Position numbers and translations under genes: made by a program | Part shown: positions 51,628-64,000 of the stretch, piece by piece | How the letters are laid out: each line of letters opens with the position of its first letter | Numbering within the stretch: the stretch's first letter is position 1 | The notes under the pieces: generated by a model | Seen by the model: the letters and a program-made list of their open reading frames with translations, nothing else | What the model was told of the DNA's origin: nothing | Database searches by the model: none | Assembly (NCBI GenBank): GCA_024704765.1 | Contig: JAKMXF010000323.1 | Location: 62,001-126,000, forward strand | DNA: 64,000 nt | Direction of reading: 5' to 3' | Source of the DNA: Oopsacas minuta | Lineage: Eukaryota; Animalia; Porifera

Positions 51628-51960
51628 AATTGTAGAATAATTCGATTATAGAGAGGAAGTGAATATTAGGTTTCCCATACGTATGCAGTGAAAGCTTAAT
51701 ACGAACACCAATGTACTGTACGGTTAAAATTTATTCGCTTTTCCGAAGTTCATAAACCGGAGTAATATCCATTGAAGTACGGTTGTAGGGACCTGATTAT
51801 ATACGAATATTGTTCATCTTATCAAAAATTCGTATTAACGAGATAGTTTAAATAAATTAGCAAAAATTACGCTAAGCAAAAAATAAAATATAATGCCGTC
51901 CCCCGCCCCTATTTCGCAGAAAAAATGGATGAGAAACAAGTAATTTATTTACATCGCCTA
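51628..51960 (+). repeat. Dispersed repeat copy 2 (inverted relative to 10966-11292)
   Basis: Direct sequence match; similarity stops shortly after the ATGGATGAGAAACAAG start. Confidence 0.85.
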
Positions 51961-54049
51961 ATGTAAAAAAGATTAATACATACATAATTAACTCTTTATG
52001 AGCCAGTTTGTGCACCTCACATATGGAAAATGTAAGGTACACATAAATAGCTCACAAAGAGTATATACGCGAAATTTGATGTCTGTTTTACTTAAGACAT
52101 GAATTCTATGAATCAAATAACTATTGAAGAAGTTTTCAACGAGATAAGATTGATAGATTTGAAAATGATTATCGAATGTCACTAAGAACTATTGAAATTG
52201 TCACTATTTTTAAGATGGCACAGACAAGTGGCATAATTGATAATTATCAACATAAGAATGCTATCAGATACCAAAGAATCGACAATGAACATTTCTTAAT
52301 GCAGAATAGGAATCTAAAATCAAAAATGCAATATCTCAAAAGAAATGGATATTCATTGTTTCTGAATGAAAATGTGTAATGAAAACTAGCATAAATGTTC
52401 TAAACAAGATATACCTATTTCGCCCAATAGAAAGGTAGTAATGTGAAGTATGTCATTTCCGAGACAAAATATAGCAAATTATCGAAAAGATGTCACAAAA
52501 AGTTCTGAAAATTACTAATTTGATTTCTATATGATGGGACCTTGCCCATGACTTCCAAGGTTTTGTCAGAAAACGTCTAAAGTCCAGAAACAGGTGTATG
52601 CAGTTGGAAATTTAGTCTAGAAACATAATAGTAAAATAAAATTGATGCTCAAACTAAATAGAAAAACTTGGACAAGTTAACAAATCAACCATGGGAAGGC
52701 TTGAAACTAGAATTACAGGTTTGCCAATTCGAATGCTCCCCGAACTGTGAAAAGAGCTTATAAAGGTTTCTATAGTATTGTACTTGAAGACAGCGGTTCC
52801 CGTTGAATATGCAATGCATGAACACTACATAGGGATTTTGCAGTTACTAGCTACAATAGTGCTATAGTGTAAAATGCTCCCCAAGTATTGCACGAGCTCC
52901 AAGTAGAGTATAATCATCTAATGTATTGGAGTAGAGATACACGGAATGGATCGGCAACGATATTTCTTTCTAACACTAATCATAAATCGTACACATGATT
53001 AAATTTCAGTTGATTCTTCCCTGTGAATTCCAAATCCAAGATGTATCCTTGAAATCACTATTATGTGCGGTAACATCCTCACAAATTTCACAAAACTGCG
53101 GTGTTGTGGAGAGAGGGATAATCCCGAGCTCACTAGCAATTTCTAATCTGATGAATGATAGGTTCGTACATTCGACTAATAACATTTACCCATATATACT
53201 GCAGTGAATTTCTGGGAGGTTCGAATAAGGAGCCATCTCTAGCTGAGAATGATCAAAGTTGAGATAACAGATACAAGTGTTGTTATAACATATACTGTTT
53301 GATGGATTGATAAGTACAACATATACTCTCGACATTACGATAAGTTCGGAGCTCAAGGAATTCATTATTAGTATGATAGGGTACATTGAAATAATCAAGC
53401 CCCCAATTCTGTTAAAATAATGGAATAATTATTGAACACGGTAAAATGTTATAAGAAATAATTCAATATAGAAGTCTTAGTTAAAGTAAAGTTCAAAATA
53501 ATGAAAATTCTTCGATATTGATGATTTTCTTGATAAATCATGATTAAAATCAACCCTGCTTTAAAAAAGTCTACATTTCTAATATTATCTTAAAGAGCCC
53601 TTGTTATCCGAATTCTTACCTTGATATGATATCATAAAATCGCTCAATGCGCATAGGTACAGTTGTTACCCCAGGGCACTGATCAGAATGAACACCTTAG
53701 AAATGCAGTATATGGATGCGTTGTATGTTGTAAAATACGCAAGGGAAAATACACTGCAGGCCATGACTCGTGTAAGTATGTAGGTTCGCGCTCGCCCTGC
53801 CCATTAAACTAGTTTGATCCGCCCAGCCATATAAATTCGGCTGGAGTGGGCAGGTTAATCCAGCATTTGCTTTGGGGAAGTTATTATTATGGGGAGGCTT
53901 TATATGCCAAAATATTTTCTAGTTTAATTTCTGTATTCAACAATACACAAGATTTAAGCAGGAACCTTACAGTACTATCCTACGGTTCTTTTGTCCTTGA
54001 TAATGATCAACAATTTCCTCCCGCAAAGAGCGATTCTTGAATTGTACCA

Positions 54050-54480
54050 GAATTATCCCCGAAACAATTTCCAATCTGTTTCAGTTTCCTCTCCATCAAT
54101 GTATCTTGTGATATACCATTATCACCACAAAAGTTGACATTTTGTACAACTCTATGGTAACTTCATCATTGCCATACCATAAGAGTTAGGGAGATGGAGA
54201 GGGTCCAAAACGAAAATAAAAGAGAATAGATCAGTGACTCCATCATATTTCTAACAAGCACAAACTCCGAACTATTACTGAGATGCTACATCGGTGGATT
54301 CATCTGCCATCAAAGGATAATAAGGACTAGCTTTGAGACTAGAAAGTATTGTTCCTCTAGAGTATTGATAACACAGGTCAACAAGGTTTTCATCCAGATC
54401 AGATATGATGTTTCTAACTTGATTTTGTGTCCTGATTTCAAATCTTCTCACCGCTTTTATCTACCACATAGAGCCCTTTC
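54050..54480 (-). pseudogene. hAT (ZMYM/ZNF862-like) transposase fragment
   Basis: TILSSLKASPYYPLMADESTDVASQ motif containing the first catalytic D. Confidence 0.6.
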
Positions 54481-54884
54481 ATAAATCCAACTATATTATT
54501 CTATTATTTTCAATAACATAATTCCAAATATTTTAAAATTTCACAATAGCAAAGTAACACAATTTGTATTTTAATGCAATATTTCCCATTTTACTAGCTC
54601 TATTTTTCTCTTTTTTGATTCAATCAATCTGGTGTCTCCTATTGCATCGTAGATGTATCACTACGCCAGACAGTTTTCGCTATGTTTGTGGATCCTTTGT
54701 TTAAAATCACAACAACGTGCCATAACAAATGACCTCCAGAGAATAGATAGCCAGCATTTTGATTGTCCTTTAGGTGATATCGATTCATCGAAACGTAGCA
54801 TGAAAGACGATTTATTGCATAACGGAATTAAAAATCCTGCAATTCTAATTGCTCACTCTGTACATGTTGAAGAGTCCTAGATAA

Positions 54885-56960
54885 ACCTGGAAGAGGTTTG
54901 TTGCGATCAAATATAGGACACATAGGTGGAATATGTGTTGGGATCTTAAGGTCATCAGTCTGTTAATGGGATTGTAACAAGGATTTATCAAATATTGTTG
55001 ATTTCTTTGTTTATGGAACAGTCGTGCAACAATAGATCATTACAAAAAACGTGATTGGCCAAAGAGAACAGATTTTTAAGTAGGAACATCCAATATTGAA
55101 TATACACCATTAGTAGATCCAAATAATATCTTTTTTTGCACTACTTCATATAAAACTCGGATTGATGAAAACTTTCGTCAAAACAATGGTTAAACAAATC
55201 CTACGGGTTTCGCTATATTGTTGAGAAATTTCCTAAACTAAGTGTTGCTAAGCTTAAAGAGGGTGTATCTATCGGACCACAAATTAGGGAAGTTCTGAAG
55301 GATGAAGAGTTTGACAATATACTTTCCGATAAGTAATTCCCTGCTTGGAAATCTTTCAAAGGGATTTGTGAAAACTGTTTAGATAATGCAACGGTTGTTC
55401 AATAAATAATGAGACTTTTCATAATTGATATAGTAAACCTATACATATCATAATTGATTATCAAATGTTTCAATAAATTCTCCCTTTAACTTTATATATC
55501 GTTTCCATCGTTCTGGTATCTTTTCAAGCCCAGTGGTGTAGAATTCTTTAGGAGTCCCTTTTCCCATTGTTTTCTTTCATACTCCAGCCGTTTGAAATCC
55601 TCAAATCTCTTCCATCGAAGAGGTGTCTTCATTTCTCCAAACAGCCAATAGTCGCTGGGAGCTAGGTCTGGACTATACGGGGGATGAAGAAGGCATTCGA
55701 ATCCTAAGTCGTTTATTGCAGCCATTGCCTTGGAGCTTACATGGCGGCCTTGCGTTGTCATGTTGCAGCAATAGGCCATATGTCAACTTGCCTCGCCTCT
55801 CACATTTATCCACTTGACGCAATTCTTTCAATTCGTCAACGTAATAATCACTGTTTATGGATGTCTTCTCAGGCAATCAGTCAAGGTGCATAATTCCTTC
55901 CCTATCCCAAATTCTGTTGCCATTCTCTTCCCTGCTGATTTTGCGCCTATACTTTGATGGCTACAGGTTCATCACGTCTCTTCCACTGCTTCGATTGAGT
56001 TTTGCTCTTTGGTTCATAATAATGAAACCAAGTTTCATCCCCCGTTACTATACGATCCAAAAAGTCTTCCTCTGCCTTGTATCTTGAAAGTAATTCTTTG
56101 CTTACTCTGACCTTTTCGTATTTTTGTTCTTTTGAAAGAAGTTTTGGGCCCAACGCGGAGTTACCTTTGACATTTCCAGATCTTCAGTGATAATCGAGTG
56201 TAGTGTGGCTTTTGATATACCTACCCTCTCTTCTAACTCTCGCAAGAGTATTCGCCTGTCCTTGCCAAAATTGTTTGGACCCTCTCGATATTATTGCGGA
56301 TTTTTGAGGAAGTTGGACGACCTGGACGAGGGTCATCGTGGAATTCCTCATCGACATTATCAAAATGATCGATCCATCTATATATGGTGGCTTTCGAAGG
56401 ACATTCATCACCGAAAATATCCTGAATTTCACGAAGAATGCATGAGCCAGTCTTCCCCGTTTCCACAGGCACTAAATTATTTGTCATTTTCCTTCTTTGT
56501 TATAATCTAACAGTTGAAAAAACTAGCCTTACAAATGAAAATTCATAGTGAAGAATATGCTAGTACGTAGAGTAAAGAGTATATTGCATCGAAGTTAAAC
56601 TATCAGGTTAGGCTTGTAATTTGATATTAGGCTTAGAGTTGTATTAACTAGAATATGAATGTGATACATTAGTCTCAATACTTATTAAACAACCCTTGTA
56701 TGAAGTCAACAGAGCATATAGAGGGAGTAAAAAACTTAATTCAATCATATGAAAACATGAGATACCGTATGTTATTGAAATTACACTTGTTGCACACCCG
56801 TCTTGATCTTTTTCAGAAAACCTTGATGCTGTAAGCGATGAACAGGGCGAACGGTTTCACCAAGACATTCTCAGAATGAAAATAGATATCAAGGTTTCTG
56901 GAATGACAGTATGATGGCGGACTATTGTTGGGTGTTATACAGAGATAAACCCAATAGAGT
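54885..56960 (+). pseudogene. Chapaev3-like transposase remnant interrupted by a mariner
   Basis: VCWDLKVI, LHIKLGLMKTFVK, EGVSIGPQI before 55389; LKLHLLH, AVSDEQGERFHQDI, MADYCW after 56700. Confidence 0.8.
55389..56698 (-). mobile_element. Full-length decayed mariner element
   Basis: TIRs caa(c/g)ggttgtt(c/t)aataa; 1310 bp; VTGDETW, QHDNARP, HPPYSPDLAPSDYWLF. Confidence 0.9.
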
Positions 56961-57245
56961 TACAAAAGACATTTTTACTCTCAATGTTTTTGACGTATTA
57001 AATATTTTTCTGTTTGTTTATTCAATTTATATATCCCACAAATGTGAAAGTTATTAAATTTCCTATTGCAAGATAGTTAGATCCTAATATGATATTGAAT
57101 GAATTATTGAATTATTCGCATTGAGACTTTAATAACAAGTAACATTAGTTAGCTAGACAACTTTTAGCATTAATTAAGTATAATTATATATGTGATATTT
57201 CGAATTGAATTCGAAAATTTCAAGCTAGAATATAAAACATGTATA

Positions 57246-58551
57246 TAGGGTGTCTAATATGTTCTGTTATATATAAATTCCCCAATAATTTCAAATTTAT
57301 CCATTGCAAAGCCATGAAAACTCCTATTTTCTTAGGACTTATGTTCTTAATAAACATTACAAATATCATCCAATATAGCCTCCCTTTTTATGAATTACGG
57401 AAGTTAGTCTACCCCGAAACTGATGGACACTTTTGGCAGCTCCTCCGGTGGGATTTCTGCTATTCACTCGACAAATTAACTTTGAGGGACTCCAAACTCT
57501 TGTGAGATTTCGCACAGGCACTGCTCTCCAAGTTTGCACAAACAGAATAGTTGAGTAGGTTTAAATCTGGGCTTGATGGTGGCAATTCATCCTTATTTAT
57601 GAAATCGATATTTTGCTCTCGGAAGCAAGCGTGGGATACTTTCGAAGCATGTGCAGGCGCAGAGTCTTGTTGGTAACTCCAAGGATGGTTTTGAAAGAGC
57701 TTCACACCAACAGACACAATTTCAGGCTCCAAGACCAGCTCTCTGTACGTCTGGGAGTTTATTTTCACTCCTCGGAGGACAAAAATCAGGTTTGTTCGTG
57801 AGTCTGCTGACACTCCCGCTCATACCATGAGAGAAAGAAACTTCTGGACTCTATCAATGTTCTTGATGCTATCTGGGATATCCTGATTTCGAGAAGCAAG
57901 AATACGGTCGTTTTGACGATTGCTTGCCTCCTCAACGGTGAACAGCTTCTCATCTGAGAAGAGAATCTGATCTTCAGTCCCAGGAGCGAATCGGGCTTTT
58001 AGTTGTATGCATCTTTCGAGTCGCTTACGGCGTATGGAGTCGTTAAGATGGTGTACGTTTTTCCTCTTATAGGACTTCATTTCTAGGTCCCCTACAACCA
58101 ATTTCCGCATCGTTTCCTGATTGACACAGAATTCACGAAGCATTTTTCGCATTGAACGCCCGGGATTGGTCAGGATTCGACATCTAACACTATTCTTCAG
58201 GGCTGGTATGCGAGCGGATCTTGGGCGACCAACTCGTTTCCTATCAGACACGCTCCCAATCTCTATAATCGTTTTATTGTGCGATAGATCAACATGGGAT
58301 TGACTTTATCATTTTCTAGCCTTTTGAGAATTTCACTGTTGCTAAACCCAGATTCGTGAAAAATGACAATTTTTGAACGAATTTCTTCTAACATGATTTG
58401 CTGGGAAATCATCAACATGAATGATATATACTTGGTATAATTCGAAAGAGCGCCAAAATGCAACCGGGAAATCTAGAAGATTACTTCATAAGTATATTAA
58501 TAGCTACTGTCTAAGGCGCAAAAAGTACAACAGAACTTATTAGACAACCTG
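57246..58551 (-). mobile_element. maT/DD37D element (third D mutated to N)
   Basis: TA-flanked TIRs (t/c)agg(g/t)tgtctaata; LFSDEK, QQDSAPAH followed after 37 residues by SPDLNLLNY. Confidence 0.9.
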
Positions 58552-58619
58552 TACGTGTTAGAGAGGAATGAATTGCAGATTTGAAATCAGCTCATAAAAT
58601 TAGTCTAGAAAAATACACA

Positions 58620-59060
58620 TTTTTGCATGATGAGAATAATAAGTGAAAATTTATTGACCTGTGTAATACTTGAAAGTTCTACAATTGTGACATACGGAGC
58701 ATTGGTTTCATTGACTGAATATGTTGCTCCGAGTGCTTCTAACTTAATATCTCCATTTCAATCTGCAACATAAAATAGCTTAAAATGTAGTAGTATGGGA
58801 TGTGATTCTTAACAAAGAAATTCATCAAGTTAATAATACCATAACCCGTAGTTCTCTTGATTGCGCAGGTGCATGTCCATATGTTATGCAAACTTTACAT
58901 ACAATACCATTGATAACTGAATCATAGCCCATCCAATTATAACTTTTCTTCAATGCAGGATTACCTGTTAGATTGTCTTTGTATGATGGGATATTTTAAC
59001 AATCTTCTTTGGTGGCTGTAATTCCGAGTCAGAATCATTAGGGCTAGAAGAATCATCAAT
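58620..59060 (-). pseudogene. Possible hAT N-terminal (TTF-type zinc finger) fragment
   Basis: YNWMGYDSVINGIVCKVC resembles the W..Yd....g..CxxC pattern of ZNF862/ZMYM-type hAT proteins. Confidence 0.4.
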
Positions 59061-61428
59061 AGTATTTATAGTTTCCCCAGAAGAAATTGTAAAGAGAACA
59101 AGAAAGATTGTCAAAGGAATTAATGAAATAATAGTCTGAAAATACTTTGATTCTTTATTCATGTGCTAATTATATATAAGAACGTGGATAACCAATATAA
59201 AGTATCATTTGAAAATGAAATTTTAGATGGGTCCCTTTCTAATAATATGAAAGGAGAGTGTCGCTATTTGAATAATGATATTACAGATATAATAGTGATT
59301 TCGTCTCATTCAATGAATCAGCATACAGTGTATAGCATTAGTTGAGAAAACGAAGGTTGCACAATATTTTGGGAAACTGAAAGGTTAGGGGGAGAAGCTT
59401 CCCTCCATCCCCCTATTAGATTGAACCCTGGGTGTAATGGCCAAGTGCGGGTCAGTGGTGATTATCCAAAATCCGAGACGGAAAAACATGATAGAAGCAT
59501 ACCCAAGGAGCAGGAAAATTGTTTCGAAAGCAAATAACCCGACCATTGTTAACCGGACTACAAGGATCAATGTCTAGAGTTTTTGAAAATTATACAACTT
59601 ACAAATACTCTATCGTTAAAACGATGATCCATACTGCAGGTTAATGTAAGAGCCGAACTAAGTGAGAGGATAGAAGACATTAGGCAGACATTAGTTTTAG
59701 GTGGTCGGAAAATTACACGGATATACTGTAGGTGTATATAACACAGGTCAACAAAAAAATATTTCTATTTCTTGGCTCAGATTGTTGGAGTGTTTTAGGG
59801 AATATCGGGGTTGCTGAATCCGAAAAATACCATTAGTTTTGCTGAAATGGCTCTAGTTTTCTAGATATTAACCAAACGCAAATTTTAAGGTAATACTACA
59901 AATATTCTCGGTTTGTTATATCAACATTTACAACTATTCGTTCACAACATAGAACCTTTTATGAATTCAAAACGCATTAGATGTAGTTGCTTCAATGATC
60001 CTGATGTCTTTTCCTATATTTGTGGTGAATATATGGGAAAGGAACATCGTTTTAATATAAGAGATGTAACCAAAATAGCAAGTGTTATCTTAGCAGCCGA
60101 TTCAAATCCCCACTAAATTACCTTTTTCTCAAAAAGTATGGCTTCTATTTTGAAAAGAACCATGCCAGTGTCAAGAGGAAAGTTAGTACATTTCATATCA
60201 TCACTCATAATCACCAAATTTTGTATGGTGAGTAAGCAATTTTGCAGTACATTTTGGTCGAGGTTTTTTATTAATATCTCCTGAAATAATTGTGATAATA
60301 ACTTCTCATTTTAATCATATTTACATCTCACTTGGTACATTGTGTATATCCAATTTGAAATTAAATTAATTATTTTTGAAAAAGTTATGAATGCCCGAAC
60401 TTTACATAGGAATTACATAGATGACCAGTTTGTACTATCAATAATGAAGTATGTATGACATTACAGTGTACGTAAATTTTGATAAGGATTTAGTATCATT
60501 TTCAATTCTATAGTTCCAATTCTATTGTGGTTTCTAGATAATAATCCAAAGATATTTGAAATATAATAAATAAACAACACCATTGTAATGACAGTTATCA
60601 TACATTATACAAAACATTACTTTTTGAATAGAAAAGAGTAAGCAAATCGAAAAGTATTACAAGATACTAATTAACCAGATATTATAGTTTGTCTGTCTAT
60701 CTTTCTGCATTGAACTGATTGATGAACTAATGAGAAATACTGATCGAATTTCCCTTGTGTATTAGGACAGACTAAACCTGAAACAGGTGGTACTATTTAT
60801 GCAAAATCTTTATAGCTATATAAGGAAGAGTAACAAATATCTTGACCAGATAAGATTTGAAGAGACGATCAACACTTCGATTTGTAATTATTAATGCCAG
60901 AATGGTAAGAGAATCGAGAGTTAACTCCAGGACATGGGTCTCCAAATGAATGCACCAAAAATAGATAGTAACTTCTTTCTGATTCAAATTTGTACAAATT
61001 GTAAAATTAATGTTTGTAAGAGAGATTTGTAGATATAATTCCTAGATTGATTAAGATAATTGTAAGGATAAGATTATAGATATCATGTTCATTGTTTACT
61101 TTACTCTGAATATATCTTCCAGAACTTTGCATATTGGTGTTGTGTTAGTTTCAAATCCTGCATAATATAATCCAGCCTTTAAACGTATCTTGGTTAGAGA
61201 AAAGGTCATATAATAGTTCCATATAATCTAACTGTCGATACATATACGTATATACTTACATTTGTGATTTTTGTCACAATCAATTTACATATTTAGATGA
61301 GATCTCACAAAATATTCAAAATTCATCTATACAAAATATTTATTGTTTCACTAATAATCTTGTTGGTAAATATATAATTTTCGCTGCCATAAATTGAAAC
61401 CAATGATTAGGTTGCTTTTAATAATAAA

Positions 61429-62268
61429 TTAGAGATAGTATGGGCTGGTAATGATTACCTCATTCAGAATATCACCATCATCTAGGGTTGGGACAAGTGA
61501 CACACGATTAACGTTATATTTATCGATGACAACACTAGTTTCTGAGTGACCAATATCAAGTGCAAGTTTAGATAACATGTTTGGATGTGAATCAACTAAC
61601 AACGGAATTTTTGAAGAGTTAACCGTGCCCAGTTTTTCAGATAGAGTTGAATGAAATGAAAATATTAGATCCTTATTTGCTCGAATGGCTAAAGCAAGGT
61701 TAAGAAATTCCTCGAGTGTGCAACTGTGAAAATGAGATAAGCATTTCCTAACAAATCCAAAATACGACAGTTGGTGTTGCCAACAAATATCCATACTTCA
61801 AATTAGCAACTATCTCTCTTAACAAGCCTGAAGTTTCTTAGTGCTCATATAGAAACTTATTAAATTTTTTGCACTCCTCATAGATTATCCAATTAATGAG
61901 CATGAATTCGCCACTAATGCGTGGACATTCTGACCCTAAAAATTTCAGTGCGTCTAACCATAGAAGATTATCACAATCAATGTACGTCCAAAAGAGGGCA
62001 TCGGTGACCTCAGTCTGAGGAGGGGAAGAAGACAGGGTGCTCTTCAAACTATATAGTTCAGGTCGTTCGCAACCAGATGCCAATAACCTAAGAATTTGCT
62101 ATTTGACACTTCCCGCTCCAAGCTATCTACACTAAAATCTGTATCTAATTGACTACTACTAATATTACTAGGATCTAAAGTATTAACATAAATACTATCT
62201 GAATCTAACCTGGTGCTAACGTGTTCCACAGCCAACTGGAATATATCAGTACTGGAATCGCTATTCAA
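61429..62268 (-). pseudogene. Unidentified broken ORF inside the long-TIR element
   Basis: Three consecutive minus-strand ORFs (74, 81, 121 aa) with protein-like composition; no family recognised. Confidence 0.3.
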
Positions 62269-62578
62269 CTACGCTGTTACCTTCCATACTTTGTTTATAT
62301 AATCCTGAAAATGATTGCGATTTAATTTCCATTTAAGCAGAGAGGAGCACGAGTGTTTGGTTTATTCTTATTGAATATGAGAATGGATAACTTTCCCCAT
62401 ACTGACTTCGCCCTTCGCCTGTCTCCGTTATCCAAAGCTACCTTAAGTTTATCAAATCATTGTAGCACAGTTGGGTAATTGCAGTAACAAATTGTTCCAG
62501 AGACGTCATGGTTGGAAGTAAGAACACAATCTATGCCAAAAAGAACGACTAATTTTCTGACACATTTGCATATAACTA

Positions 62579-62761
62579 CAGTCAACTCCCCTTATATCGG
62601 AAACAAGGAACAGCAACAATCACTTCTATATATGCAGATTTAAATATAACCGATGACATTTATGTTTCTTTAACGATTTGTGACTATATTTGTATAATCT
62701 CAGACTTCGATATAGCGAAGATTTCTAATTATCCATGTTCGATATACCAGGGAGTTGACTG
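62579..62761. mobile_element. Small Tigger/pogo-type MITE
   Basis: TA|CAGTCAACTCCC ... GGGAGTTGACTG; 183 bp. Confidence 0.75.
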
Positions 62762-64000
62762 TGTAACATTACAAAATTAATTAAGAAAGATACTCACATG
62801 ATTGAATTGAAATGAAATTTAGTAGGACTGTTTGTAAGAAGAAAATTTGTGGAAGAAATGAAGTTGAAATAAAATGAAGTTGAAGAATATCAAAAGTATT
62901 AAGGTTGTGAGAAACGAAATAAATCAATTACAGTGCTACAAATGCTGGTTGATTGATATTACATTCTTAATTTAATACTAAGTTCAAAAATCTAAACTGA
63001 GATAACTGGTCCTAATAATTGAGAAGGAATACATTTGACCTCAAGAATTTAGTCATAACAAGTAAATTTACACTAAGAATATTCAAGCAATCAATACATA
63101 GCTACAAAGCATACAAATCATCAAGCAAAAACTGGTCGTCTATGTAATTCCTATGTAAAGTTCGGGCGTTCATAACTTTATCAAAAATAATTAATTTAAT
63201 TTCAAATTGGATATACACAATGTACCAAGTGAGATGTAAATATGATTAAAATGAGAAGTTATTATCACAATTATTTCAGGAGATATTAATAAAAAACCTC
63301 GACCATAATGTACTGCAAAACTGCTTACTCACCATACAAAATTTGGTGATTATGAGTGATGATATGAAATGTACTAACTTTCCTCTTGACACTGGCATGG
63401 TTCTTTTCAAAATAGAAGCCATACTTTTTGAGAAAAAGGTAATTTAGTGGGGATTTGAATCGGCTGCTGAATCGGCTGCTAAGATAACACTCGTACCAAA
63501 ATGGCTTATCAGGCTTACTTTGGTATGAAATTAGGCGATCAGGATAAGTCATAGAGCCCTTGCAAAGTGTGCAAATATTGCACAGAAACCCTCCGCCTAT
63601 GGACCCAAGGAAAAGCCAAATCCATGAAGTTTGGGGTACCAATGGTTGGGCGAGGGCCCAAGAACCATCACTATGACTGCTACTTCTCATGGTTAAAATG
63701 TCTGGATGGAACCGACAGGAAAAGAATTCGTAGCAATACCCTGACATACATTCTGCAAGACGCCCAATTCCACACTGCAGCGAAATTCAGGTGCCTGTTT
63801 TTAAGTCTTACCTGATACTGCGTTTACTGAGGCAATTGATGAATCGTCGGAAAGCACTTACTGTAGCAATAGCTGTAATGAGTTATTACAGATAAGTAAA
63901 GCGAGTCTTTCACACAGGGGCAGCTCAAATACTTAGTGAGAGACTTAGGTTTGTCAAAAGATGATTCAGAGATCCTGGATTCCCGTCTCAGTGAACATCA

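Larger units (their letters stand above)
60078..63494. mobile_element. 3.4-kb element with about 360-bp TIRs and an 8-9-bp TSD (Mutator/foldback-like architecture), cargo unidentified
   Basis: 60078-60435 is the near-perfect reverse complement of 63126-63494. Flanks accaaaat(a) 60069-77 and accaaaat(g) 63495-503. Excision restores the Chapaev DVTKMAY frame. Confidence 0.85.
59742..64000 (+). mobile_element. Chapaev3-like transposon, 5' part, interrupted by a long-TIR element; may run off the window
   Basis: TAA|CACAGGTCAACAA terminus; CFNDPDVFSYICGE...DVTK resumes at 63495 as (TK)MAYQAYFGMKLGDQDK...VPMVxRxPKNHHxDCYF. Confidence 0.8.

Noticed and set aside
54372-54384. taaCACAGGTCAACAA matching the Chapaev terminus at 59742
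   Set aside because: It lies in frame within a minus-strand hAT coding fragment and the adjacent sequence does not continue as a Chapaev TIR; probably coincidence.
1-64000. CRISPR arrays, rRNA/tRNA genes, prokaryotic operons
   Set aside because: No regularly spaced direct repeats and no recognisable structural RNA; the content is eukaryotic transposon-derived.

Overview
AT-rich eukaryotic DNA, probably from an invertebrate animal (species not determinable here), made almost entirely of decayed and nested transposons: Tc1, mariner, maT/DD37D, hAT, Helitron, Chapaev-like, P-like, Zator-like, several MITEs/foldbacks and faint retroelement remnants. There is one candidate host exon (bHLH-like, 8632-9098). 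The main result is a three-layer nest at 33.6-42.3 kb. A SPIN/GTF2IRD2-type hAT element (8-bp TSD TTGTAGAC) is interrupted by a RAG1-like/Transib-superfamily transposon (34417-40726, 5-bp TSD TAACT), whose transposase gene is interrupted by a second, divergent RAG1-like transposon (36550-39530, 5-bp TSD TGATG). All four ends begin with the perfect V(D)J RSS heptamer CACAGTG and carry a shared second motif TGGAARTWG, 10 bp away at the 5' ends and 19-20 bp away at the 3' ends, an RSS-like one-turn asymmetry. Both ~700-aa proteins have a RAG1 nonamer-binding-domain-like segment, D-104-D-253/258-E catalytic spacing (RAG1-like rather than classical Transib), and CxxC/HxxxxH zinc ligands. Neither element has room for a RAG2-like gene. 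A third, more divergent and truncated family member lies at 16.8-19.6 kb. All identifications come from reading motifs by eye; no database searches were run.
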